Shown: one piece after another, positions 23,340 through 37,147 of the stretch
Layout: each line of letters begins with the position of its first letter
Position numbering within the stretch: position 1 is the stretch's first letter
NCBI RefSeq assembly: GCF_006345805.1
Contig: NC_042999.1
Span: forward strand, 126,790,001 to 126,854,000
DNA length: 64,000 nucleotides
Source: Octopus sinensis
Lineage: Eukaryota
Reading direction: 5' to 3'
The notes under the pieces: model-generated
What the model was told of the DNA's origin: nothing
Database searches by the model: none
Seen by the model: only the letters and a program-made list of their open reading frames with translations
Program-made: the position numbers and the translations under genes

Positions 23340-24826
23340 TACATTGTAAAGGAGTACTGTTCCATTGGTGAACAGTTCAAAATTATGAGCAAATTCTTTT
23401 TCAGTGTAAATGAGTTTTCATGTTTATGATATACTTTGAATGTGAGTATCATCATAATCCTTTTACATTATATAACCCCACATAACTTTTTTATTTTATA
23501 GAGTTTTCGGAAAAGTTTTGAAAATTTGTGTTCTAAACACAGGAATTTATGTATGAAAAAAAAAATCTTTTGTTTTCAATTTTTAATCATCACTTCATAA
23601 ATCATAAAATTTCTACTTGTTTTTGAATTTTTAAAATTTTAAATCAGACATTAAAATATTAGCAGTGTGGATTTTTTTGTTTAAATCCCAGCAATGGACC
23701 ATCCTAGGGTGCACCATCATTCCATCAAATGTATTTATGGGGAGAAAAATAGTGAAAAACATCAATACATGACAAAATGACAAAGAAATGAGAAGCATAT
23801 CAAATGGTTTGAGATGTGTTAAAACAATGGCTAAATCACCTTTAAATCACACACACACACATATATTTTTTTGCATAATTGTATGAATTCCCATATATAG
23901 AAGATAAATTCATAAAAATTTTGTGAAAATTCTAAAGCATAAAAGAGTTACAATGGGTTATATGGGGTTCTTAATCCAGAATCCTGCCCAGTTTTATTTT
24001 AGTAACTGTTCTCCTAAATTAACTGGGAGATCTCTTGTCTTGTGCTCTTGTGTTCTATTTTTAACTTGGTTTCTATGGTTGGATATCCTTCCCAAAACAA
24101 GTGACTTTAAAGACTATACAAGGTGCATTTTTTAATGATGTCACCATTAGAGAAGACAAGATTAGAAGTTCCTCTTGACTCTAAGTTACCACTCCTTTGT
24201 TTCTAACCTCTTTACAGAATATACTCTAAGCATTTATTTTATCATAGCAACAGTATTAATGAGGTTATCTTGTATCCAACAAGATGAAAGAATCCTCACT
24301 CTGCTATGTTTTTCCTGTTCATTCAGGGCAATGTGACCAATAGAGTGAATAAAAGAGATAGAATGGAAGATAAACAAGGGTGAGAGGGAGAAAGAAGTTG
24401 GTATGATGAAGAAAGAGTGATTGGAGTGATAGTGTAAATGGGGAGGGAGAAATAGGAGAGGCATTGCTTAACGGGAGATAGAGTAAATGATGGATAGTCA
24501 TAGGAACAGTCAATGAGCTGAGAGTGTGATGAATGTCAATAGCAAATAAGCTAGGGGAGAGTGAGTGATGACTAGCAAAACTGGAGGGGTAATATTAACT
24601 GGTAAAAGACAGCTTGAATGATGAATAGTTGTGGAAACAGGAAATGGTAAGAAAGTGAAGGTTGCCTGTAAGGAGTAGCATGAGGAAGAAGGAGTGCTGG
24701 GAGGAGGATAAATGAAGTTGTGTATCTGATACTAATAGATATGATGAAATCTTTTGCTACTTGGGCATGTGATCTTTTGCTATTCAGGATAGATGGGTAA
24801 CACTGGAAGATGGTAAGTAAGTAAAC

Positions 24827-24827
<1 letters not shown>

Positions 24828-24900
<73 letters not shown>

Positions 24901-24920
24901 GGAGAGAGGGAGAGAGAGAT
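24828..24920. repeat. (GATA)n/(GA)n microsatellite
   Basis: Directly visible. Confidence 0.95.
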
Positions 24921-25019
24921 AAGAGAGTTTGAGTAAACTAGTTTTTAAACCTTTTATTATGAAACATTAACAGTTGAATAACGAGGTTTATTGTTGAGCA
25001 ATTTTTTTATATTATATGT

Positions 25020-25392
25020 TTTGGCATTATGCCATGCTTGAGAAGACCCATCAAGCCAAGTAAAATCACAGTCATGGTAAATATTGGCGTCATGCAAATG
25101 GCACCTGTGCCAGTGGGATGTAAAAGCACCCATTACACTCTTTGAGTGGCGGGCATCAGAAGAGCATCCAGCCATAGAAACCGGGTCAAATTAGGCTGGA
25201 GTCTGGTGCAGTCTTCTAGCTTGCCAGCCCTGGTCAAACCATCCAATCCATGCCAGTTTCCGTCTACCAAATCCACCCACAAGGCTTTGGTCGGCTTGAG
25301 GCTATAGTAGAAGACACTTGTCCAAGGTGCCTAGCAGTGGGACTGAACCGGAACCATGTGGTTCATAAGTGAGCCACTTACCACACAGCCAC
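25020..25392. mobile_element. RTE 3' UTR fragment (+) abutting a SINE family B 5' half (-)
   Basis: GAGAAGACCCATCAAGCCAAG..AAAAGCACCCATTACACTC; then CTACCAAATCCAC..TTACCACACAGCCAC. Confidence 0.75.
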
Positions 25393-25399
25393 ATCATTT

Positions 25400-28086
25400 T
25401 AATTTTATTTGAATTTAATTTTTATTTATTTGTGTTATGTGTCCCCACATGTGTTGGTGTGGTAAACTTTTTGTCAGCCCCTTACAGGCAATAAAGAAAC
25501 AATGTTTTTTTTTCAACATTTGAAGAGAAGTCTGTACCTTAGATTTTAATGAAATGGCATCAGCATGTAGCGATTCTGACTTTGAAGGTTTTACTCTTGA
25601 CGATATAGAGAATATAAATGAAAATGAGTTTATTTTGTCTTCTGACGAATCTCATATTGATATTAGTGAATATTCATCCAGACGAGGAAGATTTTGAGAA
25701 TGAAAGTGATGAAAATGATATTGTAAACATGGCAACATGGGCAAAGATTACAACACCAATCACCATTCCTGATTTCAGAGAAAACACTGGTCCACAAAAG
25801 AAGTTACCTTCTGATGCTCAACCGTTGGACTATCTATTTTTAGTTTTACCAGAAAGTTTTTTTGAAAATGTTACGGAGGAAACAAACAAATATGAGCAAC
25901 ATATAATTTCTATTTGCGGAAGAAACGATCCACTATGGCAGCGAACTTATACTGTGGAAATGAGTGTTTTATCACAATCAATATTATGTTTGGTGTTAAA
26001 CAGCTTCCTTGACTGTGGAACTAATGGAGTCCTGATATAAGGTATGGTGATCTGTATATCTCAAGTATAATGTTGAAGACGAGTCATTTGAAAATATCGC
26101 AGTATTTACATTTAATTGATTCTGCTAATGCCCCCAGCAAAAACAACCCAAACTACGATCCCCTGTACAAAGTACATCCTGTAATTGATTTACTCCTTAA
26201 TAGTTATACCTGGGAAAAATCTCAGTATAATTGAAGCCATGATAGGCTATAAGGGCAGACTACATTTTTGGCATTACATGCTTGCCAAACCCACCAAATG
26301 GGGGATCGAGGTATGGGAAGTTTCTAATCAGACACTGGATATTGAGTAAACTTCAATGTTTACATATGTAAAAAATATAATGGAAACAGACCATATGGAT
26401 TGGGACATGATGTAGTATGGTCTCTTACTGAACCATTTCACCATCAGCACCGGCACCTCTGTTTTGACCATTTTTTTTTTCTTCAGTGGCTTTGGCAGAA
26501 AATCTTGCCCGTGTAAGTACTTACACGTGTAGTACTATTATGGGCAACTGTAAAGGTTTACCCCATGAAATGAAAACAAAATTTTTAAAAAATGGGGACA
26601 TTTTACAAATGCAAAAGGAAAATTTATTAGCTACTGCTTTCAAAGACAAAAGACAGATTTTATTTCTGTTGACTAATGAACAACCTAGTGTTGGTGTTGA
26701 GGGAAAATCCCTAGTGAATATTTGTTATAACAAATATATGGATGGGGTTGATAAATCTGACCAATATTGGGCATATTACCCAGTTGGTCAACCTGGAAAG
26801 AAATGGTGGAGGTACATTTTGTGGTTTTTAGTTAATTTAACTATAGTAAGTTCATATATTGTACATGCAAAAAGCCACAAGGTACCTCTGCCACCAAAGG
26901 ACTACGACCATTTGAAATTTCGGGTTGACATTGCATGTCAGTCATGTGAGAGCTTATCTTCTAGGAAGCACAGAACTGGGAGAAAAGCAAAATTAACTGA
27001 AGTGGATATCAACAGAGAAAATACTGACTTTCATAAAGTCGAAAAGGTAAATGGAAGAAAAATAGTTTGCAGACTGTGTTTGCTGCAAAAACAGAAGAAC
27101 TGCAAAAGAGTATCAGATTGAGACTTTGTATATGTGTTCCTTTTGCAAAGTGACCTTGTGTAAAGGGTGCTTTGGGCAGTTTCATGACAGAAATATGTCA
27201 TAACTATATTATTTTGTAACTATATTGCTTTATCATATATTCCTTTTCATTTTATTATAAATAATTTGTGAAAGTGAGAAATATATATTCATTTTCACTA
27301 TGTCACACACCTGTATTCACCTTTGTCTCACCTGTTAATGAGCTTTTTTAATTAGATGCATTTTGTTACGTAAATGAATTCATTAAATTGTATAAGAGTG
27401 CATAGCTAATGGTATATTGATGAGTAAAAGAATTTTGTACTTTATTTTCGATGAAAATATTTGAATGAAATATAGACACAGAATAAAATCTTGTAATCAC
27501 CTGTATTTTAATTAATTCAAATTAATGTAGCTCGTCTTGAAAAATGTAAAATTGTTGGCGGTTGACATCTGGGATGGTTTTAGTAACAAATCAAACAGGT
27601 AAGATGAATTAAGAATATGAATTTTAGTGTTTATTCATAATGTTATTGTTTTTACACCTGTTAATTAAATTTACCTGTCCATAAAAGTTAAATTTGATCA
27701 GAAAGATCAGCTAAAATTATGTAACTATAAACCACTGGCATATAAGTACCCATTTACAAAATCTCAAACCTGTATGTAGAAAATTAACAAAGCTACAAGC
27801 AAATATTGTGGACACCCCACTTGAACCTGAATAAATCAAAATTAATGTTAACAGATAAGCATTACATTTGACAAATTAATCTGAACACTAAAGGGGTATG
27901 GATTTTCACAAGAGCAGTGCCAATTGCATGAAGCTTATTGCAACAGATGAGGAATAGGTAGGCAGTGTTGTATGTATATCTATCAGCCATTACACTACAA
28001 GCTCCAAGAAAATAAAAAGGAAAATTGATTTCTTTATATTTCATTTGAAGGTAAAAAGGATTTTCTTCCAGCTGCACAAGGGTTAA
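25400..28086 (+). mobile_element. piggyBac element; right end ..CACAAGGG|TTAA at 28082, left end not found
   Basis: Canonical GGG-TTAA terminus downstream of the transposase. Confidence 0.65.
25554..27203 (+). pseudogene. piggyBac transposase pseudogene
   Basis: Acidic N-terminus SDSDFEGF; EAMIGYKGR..KPTKWGI; FDHFF; YNKYMDGVDKSDQ; KKWWRYILW; C-terminal CRLC..CSFCKVTLCKGCFGQFH; frameshifts and stops. Confidence 0.92.
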
Positions 28087-29354
28087 CATGTTTGTTCATT
28101 CAGCAGAAGTTATATGATTTAAGTCTTATTTATTTTTTCTTTGTATTTTCATTTGATACTATATGTTTGTTCTTAATATCAGTTGATATATGTTTACACA
28201 CTTTTATCAGGTGATATTCTATATTTATCCACAATATCAGTTAGTATATATATTTACACAACTTTATTGGTTAATATTTTATGTTTACCCACTACGTAAG
28301 TTGATATTGTATTTGGACACATTTATCAGTTGATTTTGTATGGTTACATATCTTTATTATTTATATAATAATTCAACTATTAATATATAATTTCATTCAT
28401 ATGCTTTATGTATGCAAGGCTCGATCAATTGATCAAATGGTTGATCAATGAATCTACTGATCAATATATGTCAGTGTACATGTATGTATGCGTATAAGGT
28501 AATATATATATATATATATTTATTTATACTTGGAAGAAGGTGAGGGAATTACAGTCATGGATTAAAAACAAAAACATCTCAGTGGGTATAAATACAAACC
28601 AAACACTCTGATTGATAAATACTGTTCTCTGTACATCTTAGCATGTGTGTAAGCAAATTCAAACACACATACACCATAAGGAAAGAAACATTATAAATGG
28701 AATATTTATGAATGCCAAATCTTCCAGCTCAAATATAACTGAGTTCAAATATAACTCACAACTCATCTGGGTGAAATAGGAAATTACATAGGGAATTCAT
28801 ATCAAAATTTTGAAAAATGAACGGAAGCTTTTGACACAGAAAAGACAAGAACACTTTACTTGGGGAATTTGAAAGACTAGAGACCAGTTAGTTAAATATA
28901 GGCATTCATTTTAATTCTATAGATGAAAACAATCAAGTTAGGTTAGCTTTTAGCTTCAGCAATGGTATAGAATGACAGTTCTTCTATTTGACAGTGTGTA
29001 CAGTATTACAGGTAGCTTCTTAGGAAATTAAATGTTCAGATACATCAGGATATGTAAATAGCTCCTTCATATCACATTTATAGTCTTTCACTTAGAGTTG
29101 AGGTACATTGATAAATTGTTAATATAAATGAATGAAGATATTCATGTGTGGCACTAAAGTAAGGCATTAAAGTAAATCAAAGTGAAAGAAAGTGGGCAAA
29201 GGTCAAACTACATCTGAATGGTATGAGGCAAATCTCAGTGATATAATTAGTATATTGTCTTATATAGATTTATATCTAATTAGAAAGTATCATTATAGGA
29301 AAACAGAGTAAGCTATGGACACATAAGAGGTGCAGCAATATCAAAGTAGGGCTA

Positions 29355-30520
29355 ACTGGGAAGATAGTTTTTGTTTGTGGCAAATGTTCGGGTGTTATAA
29401 ACACTGAAAATGTGCAAAGAACAGCTTCTATCACATTCCAGGGAGAAAAACTACATTTAGTTGATAGCTTCTGTTACCTACAGGACCAAGTCAGTAGCGG
29501 GGTGGATGCTCTGAAAATGTAGCTGCTAGAATAAGAATAGCCTGGGCAAAGTTCAGAGAGCTCCTACCTCTGCTGGCGACAAAGGACCTTTTGCTCAGAG
29601 TAATAGGTAGACTGTATGACGCATGTGTATGAACAGCCATGCTACATGGCAGTGAAACATGGGCTGTGACTGCTGAGGACATGCGTAAGCTTGCAAGGAA
29701 TGAAACCAATATGCTCTGCTGGATGTGTAATGTTAGTGTGCATACACAACAGAGTGTAAGCACCCCGAGAGAAAAGTTGGATTTCAGAAGCATCAGGTGT
29801 AGTGTGCAAGAGAGACGTTTGCGTTGGTATGGTCATGTGTTGTGAATGAATGAGGACAGCTGTGTGAAAATGTGTCACACCCTATCAGTTGAGGGAAACC
29901 TGTGGAAGAGGTAGACCCAGGAAGACCTGAGATGAGGTGGTGAAGCATGACCTTCGAACATTGGGCCTTACTGAGGCGATGACTAGTGACTGAGACCTTT
30001 GGAGATATGCTGTGCTTGAGTGAGACCATAGCCTGTGGCCTATGCCAGTGGGTGTAATCAGTTCACTTAAGAATACCCCTCATTCATTGACCTATTGAGG
30101 CAAGTGAAATCAAAATCAAAATCAAAATTGCTGGCGTGGCCAATGACAGTACTGCCGATTGGCACTCGTGCCAGTGGAACGTTAAAAGTACATCCGAGCA
30201 TGGGGTGTAACCAGCCCACTTATGAGTACCTCTCATTCACTGGACAATAAACTTTGCTTGCGAAGACCTATTGAGGCAAGCGAAATTAAATCAAAATTGC
30301 TGATGTGGCTGATGACAGTACCGTCTGATTGGCATTTGTGCTGGTGGAATGCTAAAAGCACATCCGAGCATGATTGTTGCCAGGGCCACGGATTGGCTCC
30401 CATGCCGGTGGCATGTAAAATGCACCATTCGAGCTTGATCGTTGCCAGTGTTACTTTACCGGCACATGTGCCTGTGGCACATGAAATATAACATTCGAGT
30501 GTAATCATGGTCAGTGCAAC
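29355..30520 (+). mobile_element. RTE LINE 3' fragment with part of the 3' UTR
   Basis: FVCGKC..VDSFCYL..RIRIAWAKFRELLPLL..MLHGSETWAVTAEDMRKL..RLRWYGHV. Confidence 0.9.
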
Positions 30521-31077
30521 GTTATGCCTCCATTCATCTTCCCCCACAGCCTCAAACTCAACACTGAGGCCTACATCAAGTGCCTGGAGGAGGTAGTGTT
30601 GCCCTAGGTCAAGAGGGTGGCTGCTGGAAGACATTATGTCTGGCAACAGGACTTTGCACCATACCACACAAGCAGGAGAACCCAGTCATAGCTGTCAGAC
30701 AATTTCTGCAATCACATCACTCCTAACGTCTGACCACCAAACTCCCCAGACTGCAACCCTCTTGATTATTATGCGTGGGGTGCAGTTGAGTGAGAGACCA
30801 ACAAAACTCCTTGTAACACCAAAGATGAACTGAAGGCAAGGATTATGGCAGATTTCACCAGCTTAAACAAAGAGACCATCCAGAAGTGTTGCAGGAAATT
30901 CTAAAGTCGTCTGGAGGCCATGGTTGAAGCCAATGGCGATTTTATTGAATAAATTTACTCTTTAGTATTTCAAGTTATTTTTATGCAGTTTTGATAAATA
31001 TGTCTGTTACAATGAGATGTCAGTATTATTTTCATTTTTGCATAACTTAGATGACAATATATTCACTGCACCCTGTA
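30520..31077 (+). mobile_element. Tc1/mariner-superfamily (maT-like) 3' fragment
   Basis: VWQQDFAPYH..PPNSPDCNPLDYYAWG..AMVEANGDFIE; ends CACCCTG|TA. Confidence 0.85.
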
Positions 31078-31177
31078 TATATACACGCACACACACACAC
31101 ATACACACACACACACGCACACACACTTATATGTGTGTGCATGTGTATATATATAAATCTACATATATATATATATA

Positions 31178-32400
31178 TAGAAAACAGATTCCATCACACT
31201 CCAGGGGGAGAAACTAGAAGTAGTTGATAGTTTCCGCTACCTGGGTGACCAAGTTAGTAGTGGAGGTGGATGCACAGAGAGTATCACCACTAGAATACGA
31301 ATAGCCTGGGCAAAGTTCAGAAAGCTTCTACCCCTACTGGCGACAAAGGGTCTCTCGCTCAGAGCGAAAGGTAGATTGTATGATGCATGTGTGCGAACTG
31401 CCATGCTTCACGGTAGTGAAACATGGGCTGTGACTGCAGAGGACATGCGTAGACTTGAAAGAAATGAAGCTAGCATGATCCGCTGGATGTGTAATGTCAG
31501 TGTGCATGCATGACAGAGTGTAAGCACCCTAAGAGAAATGCTGGATATAAGAAGCATCAGATGTGGTGTGCAAGAGCGACGCTTGCGATGGTATGGTCAT
31601 GTACTGCGGATGGATGAGGAGAGATGTGTGAAGAAGTGCCACTCCCAAACAGTTGAAGATATCAGGGGGAGAGGTAGACCCAGGAATACATGGGATGAGG
31701 TAGTCAAGCATGACCTCAGAGCGTTGGGCCTCACTGAGGCAATGGCAAAGGACCGAGATCTCTGGAGATATGCTGTGACTGCAAAGACCCGGGCTGCTTC
31801 CTGCATCAGTTCTGCATAGCCCCTGCCCATTCAAAGTACCCTGGATCCCAGAACGTCCTGCTGTGCTTGAGAAGGCCTGTTGAGTCAAGTACATGAACAT
31901 GAACGTCGAAATAAATATCAATGGAAATAGTAGTTGTGATGCCTGTGCCGGTGGCACATAAAAAGCACTATCCGAACGTGGCCGATGCCAGCACCGCCCC
32001 GACTGGCTTCTGTGCCGGTGGCACATAAAAAGCACCATTTGAACGTGGCCGATGCCAGCGCCATTCCGACTGGCTTCTGTGCCGGTGGCACATGAAAAGC
32101 ACCATCCGAATGTTGCCAGCACCGCCTTTGCTGGCTTCCGTGCCACTGGCATGTTAAAAGCTCCAACCGATTGTGGCCAATGCCGGACCCCCCCTGGCAC
32201 CTGTGCAGGTGGCACGTAAAAAGCACCCACTACACTCACGGAGTGGTTGGCGTTAGAAAGGGCATCCAGCCGTAGAAACTCTGCCAGATCAGACTGGAGC
32301 CTGGAGCAGTCCCTGGCTTCCCAGACCCCGGTCGAACCGTCCAACCCGTGCTAGCACGGAAAACGGACGTTAAACGATGATGATGATGATGATGATGATG
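31178..32400 (+). mobile_element. RTE LINE, young 5'-truncated copy with 67-bp 3' UTR repeats and (GAT)n tail
   Basis: LEVVDSFRYLGD..MLHGSETW..RLRWYGHVLRMDEERCVKK..RGRGRPR; highly similar to 55117-57780. Confidence 0.95.
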
Positions 32401-32466
32401 TATATATACACACACACATGTATATCACAGTGTGTCCCATCAGTAAGGTAATATTTTAATATGTTA

Positions 32467-32715
32467 GGGCGGTGAGCTGGCAAAATTGTTAGCACGGTGG
32501 GCAAATGCTTAGTGGTATTTCGTCTGCCGTTACATTCTGAGTTCAAATTCTGCCAAGGTTAACTTTGCCTTTCATTCTTTTGGGTTGATTAAATAAGTTC
32601 CCAGTTACACACTAGGGTTGATTTATTTGACTTAATCCGTTTGTCTGTCCTTGTTTGCCCCTTCTGTGTTTAGCCCCCTCTGTGTTTAGCCCCCTGTGGG
32701 CAATAAAGAAATAAA
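32467..32715 (+). mobile_element. SINE family A variant
   Basis: GGCGGTGAGCTGGCAAAA..GAGTTCAAATTC..ACTTTGCCTTTCATTCTTT. Confidence 0.85.
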
Positions 32716-33084
32716 TAAGTATTTAAATATGTTTTATGCTAAAGATACTAATTGATATATGGGACACAAATATGTATAAGATACATTCTTGGAGAATATT
32801 TTTGAAACACTACCAAGTATTTGCAACTGGCAAACTACTTATTTCCAATAATAAGCAATTATGCAAATAAATAATGAATAAAAAGACATAAACATTGCAG
32901 TATTTTCTGTCCCAGTCAAAGACAGAGTTTGAACTGAAATTAGAGATGGAATATATTAAAAGACAATTTAATTATTTCTCTGTGACTCTTCTAGCAACAC
33001 CTCAGCTAGTCATCATTTATTTGTATGTGCATGTGTGTGAACTTGTATGTGTAGTATGTGTCTCAGTGTATACTAGTGTCACTA

Positions 33085-33385
33085 GGCCTAGTGGTTAGAG
33101 CAGCGGACTCGTGGTTGAGGGATCGTGGGTTCGAATCTTAGAACGGGCGATTGTGTGTTTATGAACAAAACACCTAAGTTCCACGTGGCTCCAGCAGAAG
33201 GTAATGGCGAATCTCTGCTGACTCTTTCACCACAACTTTCTCTCACTCTTTCCTCCTGCATCTTGCAGCTCACCTGCGACGGACCGGCGTCCTGTCCAGC
33301 TGGGGAACCTATACACCAAGGAAACCGGGAAACCAGCCCTTATGAGCTAGGCATAGCTCAAGAAAGAACAAACAACAAAAACAAC
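33085..33385 (+). mobile_element. tRNA-derived SINE related to family C
   Basis: GGCCTAGTGGTTAGAGCAGCGGACTC..GGGTTCGAATC, followed by non-tRNA body and AAC-rich tail. Confidence 0.75.
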
Positions 33386-33394
33386 TCAGTGTAT

Positions 33395-33830
33395 GTCTTT
33401 TATCTTTTACTTGTTTCAATCATTGGACAGCAACCATGCTGGGGGCACCACCATGGAAAGTTTAGTCAAACAGATGGACGCCAGCATTTTTAAAAAAAAC
33501 TTTGCAATTACTCTCTCAGTCTCTTTTGCTGAACTTCTAAGTTTCAGAGATGTAAACAAACCAACACTAGTTGTCAAGGGGTTGTAAGGGACAAACATTG
33601 TGACACACATAGATATATACATACACACACATACCCATACATACATACATACATGCATACATACATACATACATACATACATACATACATACATACATAC
33701 ATAGATGTATACATACACACACATACCCATACATACATGCATGCATGCATACATACATAATACATACAATGAGTTTCTTTCAGTTTCCGTCTATCAAATC
33801 CACACACAATACTTTGGTTGGCCTAGAGCT
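33395..33830 (-). mobile_element. SINE family B with expanded (CATA)n
   Basis: TTTTACTTGTTTCAATCATT..TTTCAGTTTCCGTCTATCAAATCC. Confidence 0.75.
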
Positions 33831-34212
33831 TAATTGTCCATACAAGTTACTTTTGTTGGGACGAAGTGGAGTAGAAAGAGGGATATGTGGATAAGTAGAT
33901 ATACTAAGATGGGAGGGTAGAATGATGGTAAGTTGGATGGATAAGAATAAAAGTAAAGCTGGTAAATAGAGAAAAAACTGAAAGGTGGTTAGGTTGAGAA
34001 ATGATAAAAAAAAAGTAGGTATTTAGAGAAAACATTAAAATGATAGGCAGACAGAGAAATCAAATGAAAGGTAGGTAGATGGGGAAGACATTAGAAAATT
34101 AAGTAGTTAAAAAGGTATTTGGATAGAAAAATGAATGAATGGATGGGGACATGGTTGCATAAGGAAACAACTGGTAGTTGGAAGAAAATATGTGCAACAT
34201 TACATTAAATAA

Positions 34213-34720
34213 TTGTTTCAAATGTTGGCAGAGGGTCAGCAGTTTTTGTTGGGGGAGGGGAAGGTCGATTACATCGACCCTAGTAATTGACTGGTACATA
34301 TTTCATCAACCCTGAAAGGCAAAGTCAACCTTAGCAGAATTTGAACTCAGAATATAAAGATGAGCGAAATACCACTAAGCATTTTGTCTGGCATGCCAAC
34401 AGTTCCTGCAGCTTGCCACCTTATCATTACATAGGTGCAGGAGTGGCTGTATGGTAAGTAGCTTGCTTACAAACCACATGGTTCCAGGTTCAGTCCCACT
34501 GTGTGTCAACTTGGGCAAGTGTCTTCTACTATAGCCTCAGGCCGACCAATGCCTTGTGAGTGAATTTGATAGACGGAAACTGCAAGAAACTCATCATATA
34601 TATATATGTTTGTGCGTCTGTGTTAGTATCCGCAACATCGCTGGTGTGTTTACATCCCTGTAACTTAGTGGTTTGGCAAAAGAGACCAATAGAATAAGTA
34701 CTAGGCTTACAAAGAAAAAA
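34213..34720. mobile_element. SINE family A (-, 34213-34422) back to back with SINE family B (+, 34432-34720)
   Basis: Family-diagnostic motifs; GGTGCAGGAGTGGCTGTATGGTAAG head. Confidence 0.8.
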
Positions 34721-34723
34721 TCC

Positions 34724-34755
<32 letters not shown>

Positions 34756-34778
34756 TGTATGTATATGTATGTATGTAT

Positions 34779-35045
34779 AATCATCACTAAAAGCAACTAA
34801 GGGTGCAAGTCAGCACCAGCATTGCTTGAAACTCTTAGCCATAAACAGAGCATTTTCTGTTCAACAGGACACTATCTACTGACTGACAAGGGGTTGCTCT
34901 GTTGAACAGAACACTATCTTACTGAATGACAATGGGGTGCTCTGTTGAACAGAAAATATTCTGTTCATGGCTAAGAGTTGTTTTCACTCTTATTTCTAAT
35001 AATGCTGGTGCTGACTTGTACCCTTAGTGACTTTTAGTGACGATT
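34779..35045. mobile_element. Fold-back MITE, almost entirely palindromic
   Basis: AATCATCACTAAAAG..GTCAGCACCAGCATT / AATGCTGGTGCTGAC..CTTTTAGTGACGATT plus inner arm AACTCTTAGCCAT..CTGTTCAACAG and its inverse. Confidence 0.75.
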
Positions 35046-35085
35046 GTACTTGTGCCTTTTGGTTTTAAATTGCAAGCCAGATATA

Positions 35086-36297
35086 TCTATATATATAAAA
35101 CTGAAAATGTGTGTCTATGTGTCAGTCTGTATATGCTAATCCCTAAAACTCGAGAAGTACCCAACCGATTTCATTCAAATTTTATACATGCATTACTTAG
35201 GGTCCATAGAGTGTCATGGGCCAAAAATATTTTAAACTTCATGCCTAATGCAGGCCTGGTGCAATCTTTTATACTGGTTTGGTATTACATGTCAAAGTGA
35301 AAGAATAACATCTATATTGTAATGTGATATAATATTGGTTCACTTTTATTCTTTCACGATTAATTCTAATGTGATAAAAGATCATCTTATTTTACACATT
35401 TACTGTTCAATTATCAGTTAATAATTATTGCAGTAGTTGCAAGGTATTTACAGTTACATATTAACTCTTAAGTTAACATTTAATATATGTGCTTAATCTA
35501 TATATACAAAATTATTTGTCTGTCTGTCTGTTCCCTTTGCATTCTCAAATGGCTGCACCATATTAAATGAAATTTTACAAGGTAATAGTATTACATGTGT
35601 CAACATGTAATTTTTTTCATTTCCATTAAAACAATATAACATTTTATAGAGATAATCTTTCTATAGTCAAATATAGTACAGGACATTTTATACCATGATG
35701 ACGACAATGCCACATTTTATATATGAGTGTATGAGTGTGCATGTATCTGTCAGTGTGTGTGTGTGTGTTTCCGCATTCAAAGACAATGTCGCATTTTGTA
35801 TGTGAGTGTATATGTGTCTGAGTTTGTGTGTGTTTCTGCATTAGGTACACTATTCAACACACACCCACACATCTACACATACATGTGATGACTGACATGT
35901 GTGAATGTATGTCTGTCTGTTTCTCTTACTATATAGTATTACATCCCACGACTGTCAACATGTTATTTGTTTTTCATTTTGATTAAAAAAGATATATTTC
36001 ATACACATAATCTTTCTATAGTCAACTATAATAGTACAAGACATTTTATATGAGTGTATCTGTCTGTATGTGTGTTTGATACATACAAGATAGTAAAGGA
36101 CATTTTATACCACAACAACGATGATGTCATATATATGAGTGTGTATGTGTGTGGGTATATGAGTGTGTATGTCTCTCTGACTGTGTGTGTGTTTCCACGT
36201 TAGGTACATTATTAAGCACATACACATCTACACATACATATACACATGCGACGACTGACATGCGTGAATGTATGTCTGTATGTTTCTCTCTTACTAT
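35086..36297 (+). mobile_element. Two Helitron-like 5' ends (35086, 35497) followed by a ~350-bp tandem duplication
   Basis: A|TCTATATATA(T/C)AAAA..TGTCTGTCTG..CCGATTTCATTCAAATTTT; 35585-35932 resembles 35933-36297; no 3' hairpin/CTAG found. Confidence 0.5.
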
Positions 36298-36484
36298 ATG
36301 TATATGACTGTATGTGAGAGTGTGTGTGTATCATCACATTTTGTATATGAATGTGTATGTGTCTATGAGTGTGTGTGTGTTTGTGCGTCCATTACCTATG
36401 TTATTAAACACATACATACATCTAAGCATACATATATATATGTGACGAGAATGGCTGGAGGTGAAACTATTGACAACTTATACA

Positions 36485-36530
<46 letters not shown>

Positions 36531-36597
36531 CACACACACACACATTTATGTAGTTCCAGTATATTTATATGCATATAAATGTAATGGATGTGTATAT

Positions 36598-36613
36598 AAC
36601 AATAGTAATGATG

Positions 36614-36680
<67 letters not shown>

Positions 36681-36682
36681 GA

Positions 36683-36755
<73 letters not shown>

Positions 36756-36808
36756 CAACAATAATAACAATAATAATAATAATGATAATAATAATAATAA
36801 TAGTAATA
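36598..36808. repeat. (AAT)n microsatellite
   Basis: Directly visible. Confidence 0.95.
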
Positions 36809-37003
36809 TTTATCCTACATTATATCTGTACAACTTGATGCAACCCTGAAAAACTGGCTCACAAGTCAGCATCATTAGATGATGGCTGGCATAATGGAAT
36901 AGGAGCTTTATTTGCATATTCAAAATGCTTCCCATAAACAAATTTAGAAGCGGTATATATATATATATAAGTACATTAATTCAATGAAATGAAAATCAAT
37001 GTG

Positions 37004-37147
<144 letters not shown>

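Noticed and set aside
33085-33160. tRNA-like sequence with A and B boxes
   Set aside because: No proper acceptor stem, and it continues into a SINE body and tail
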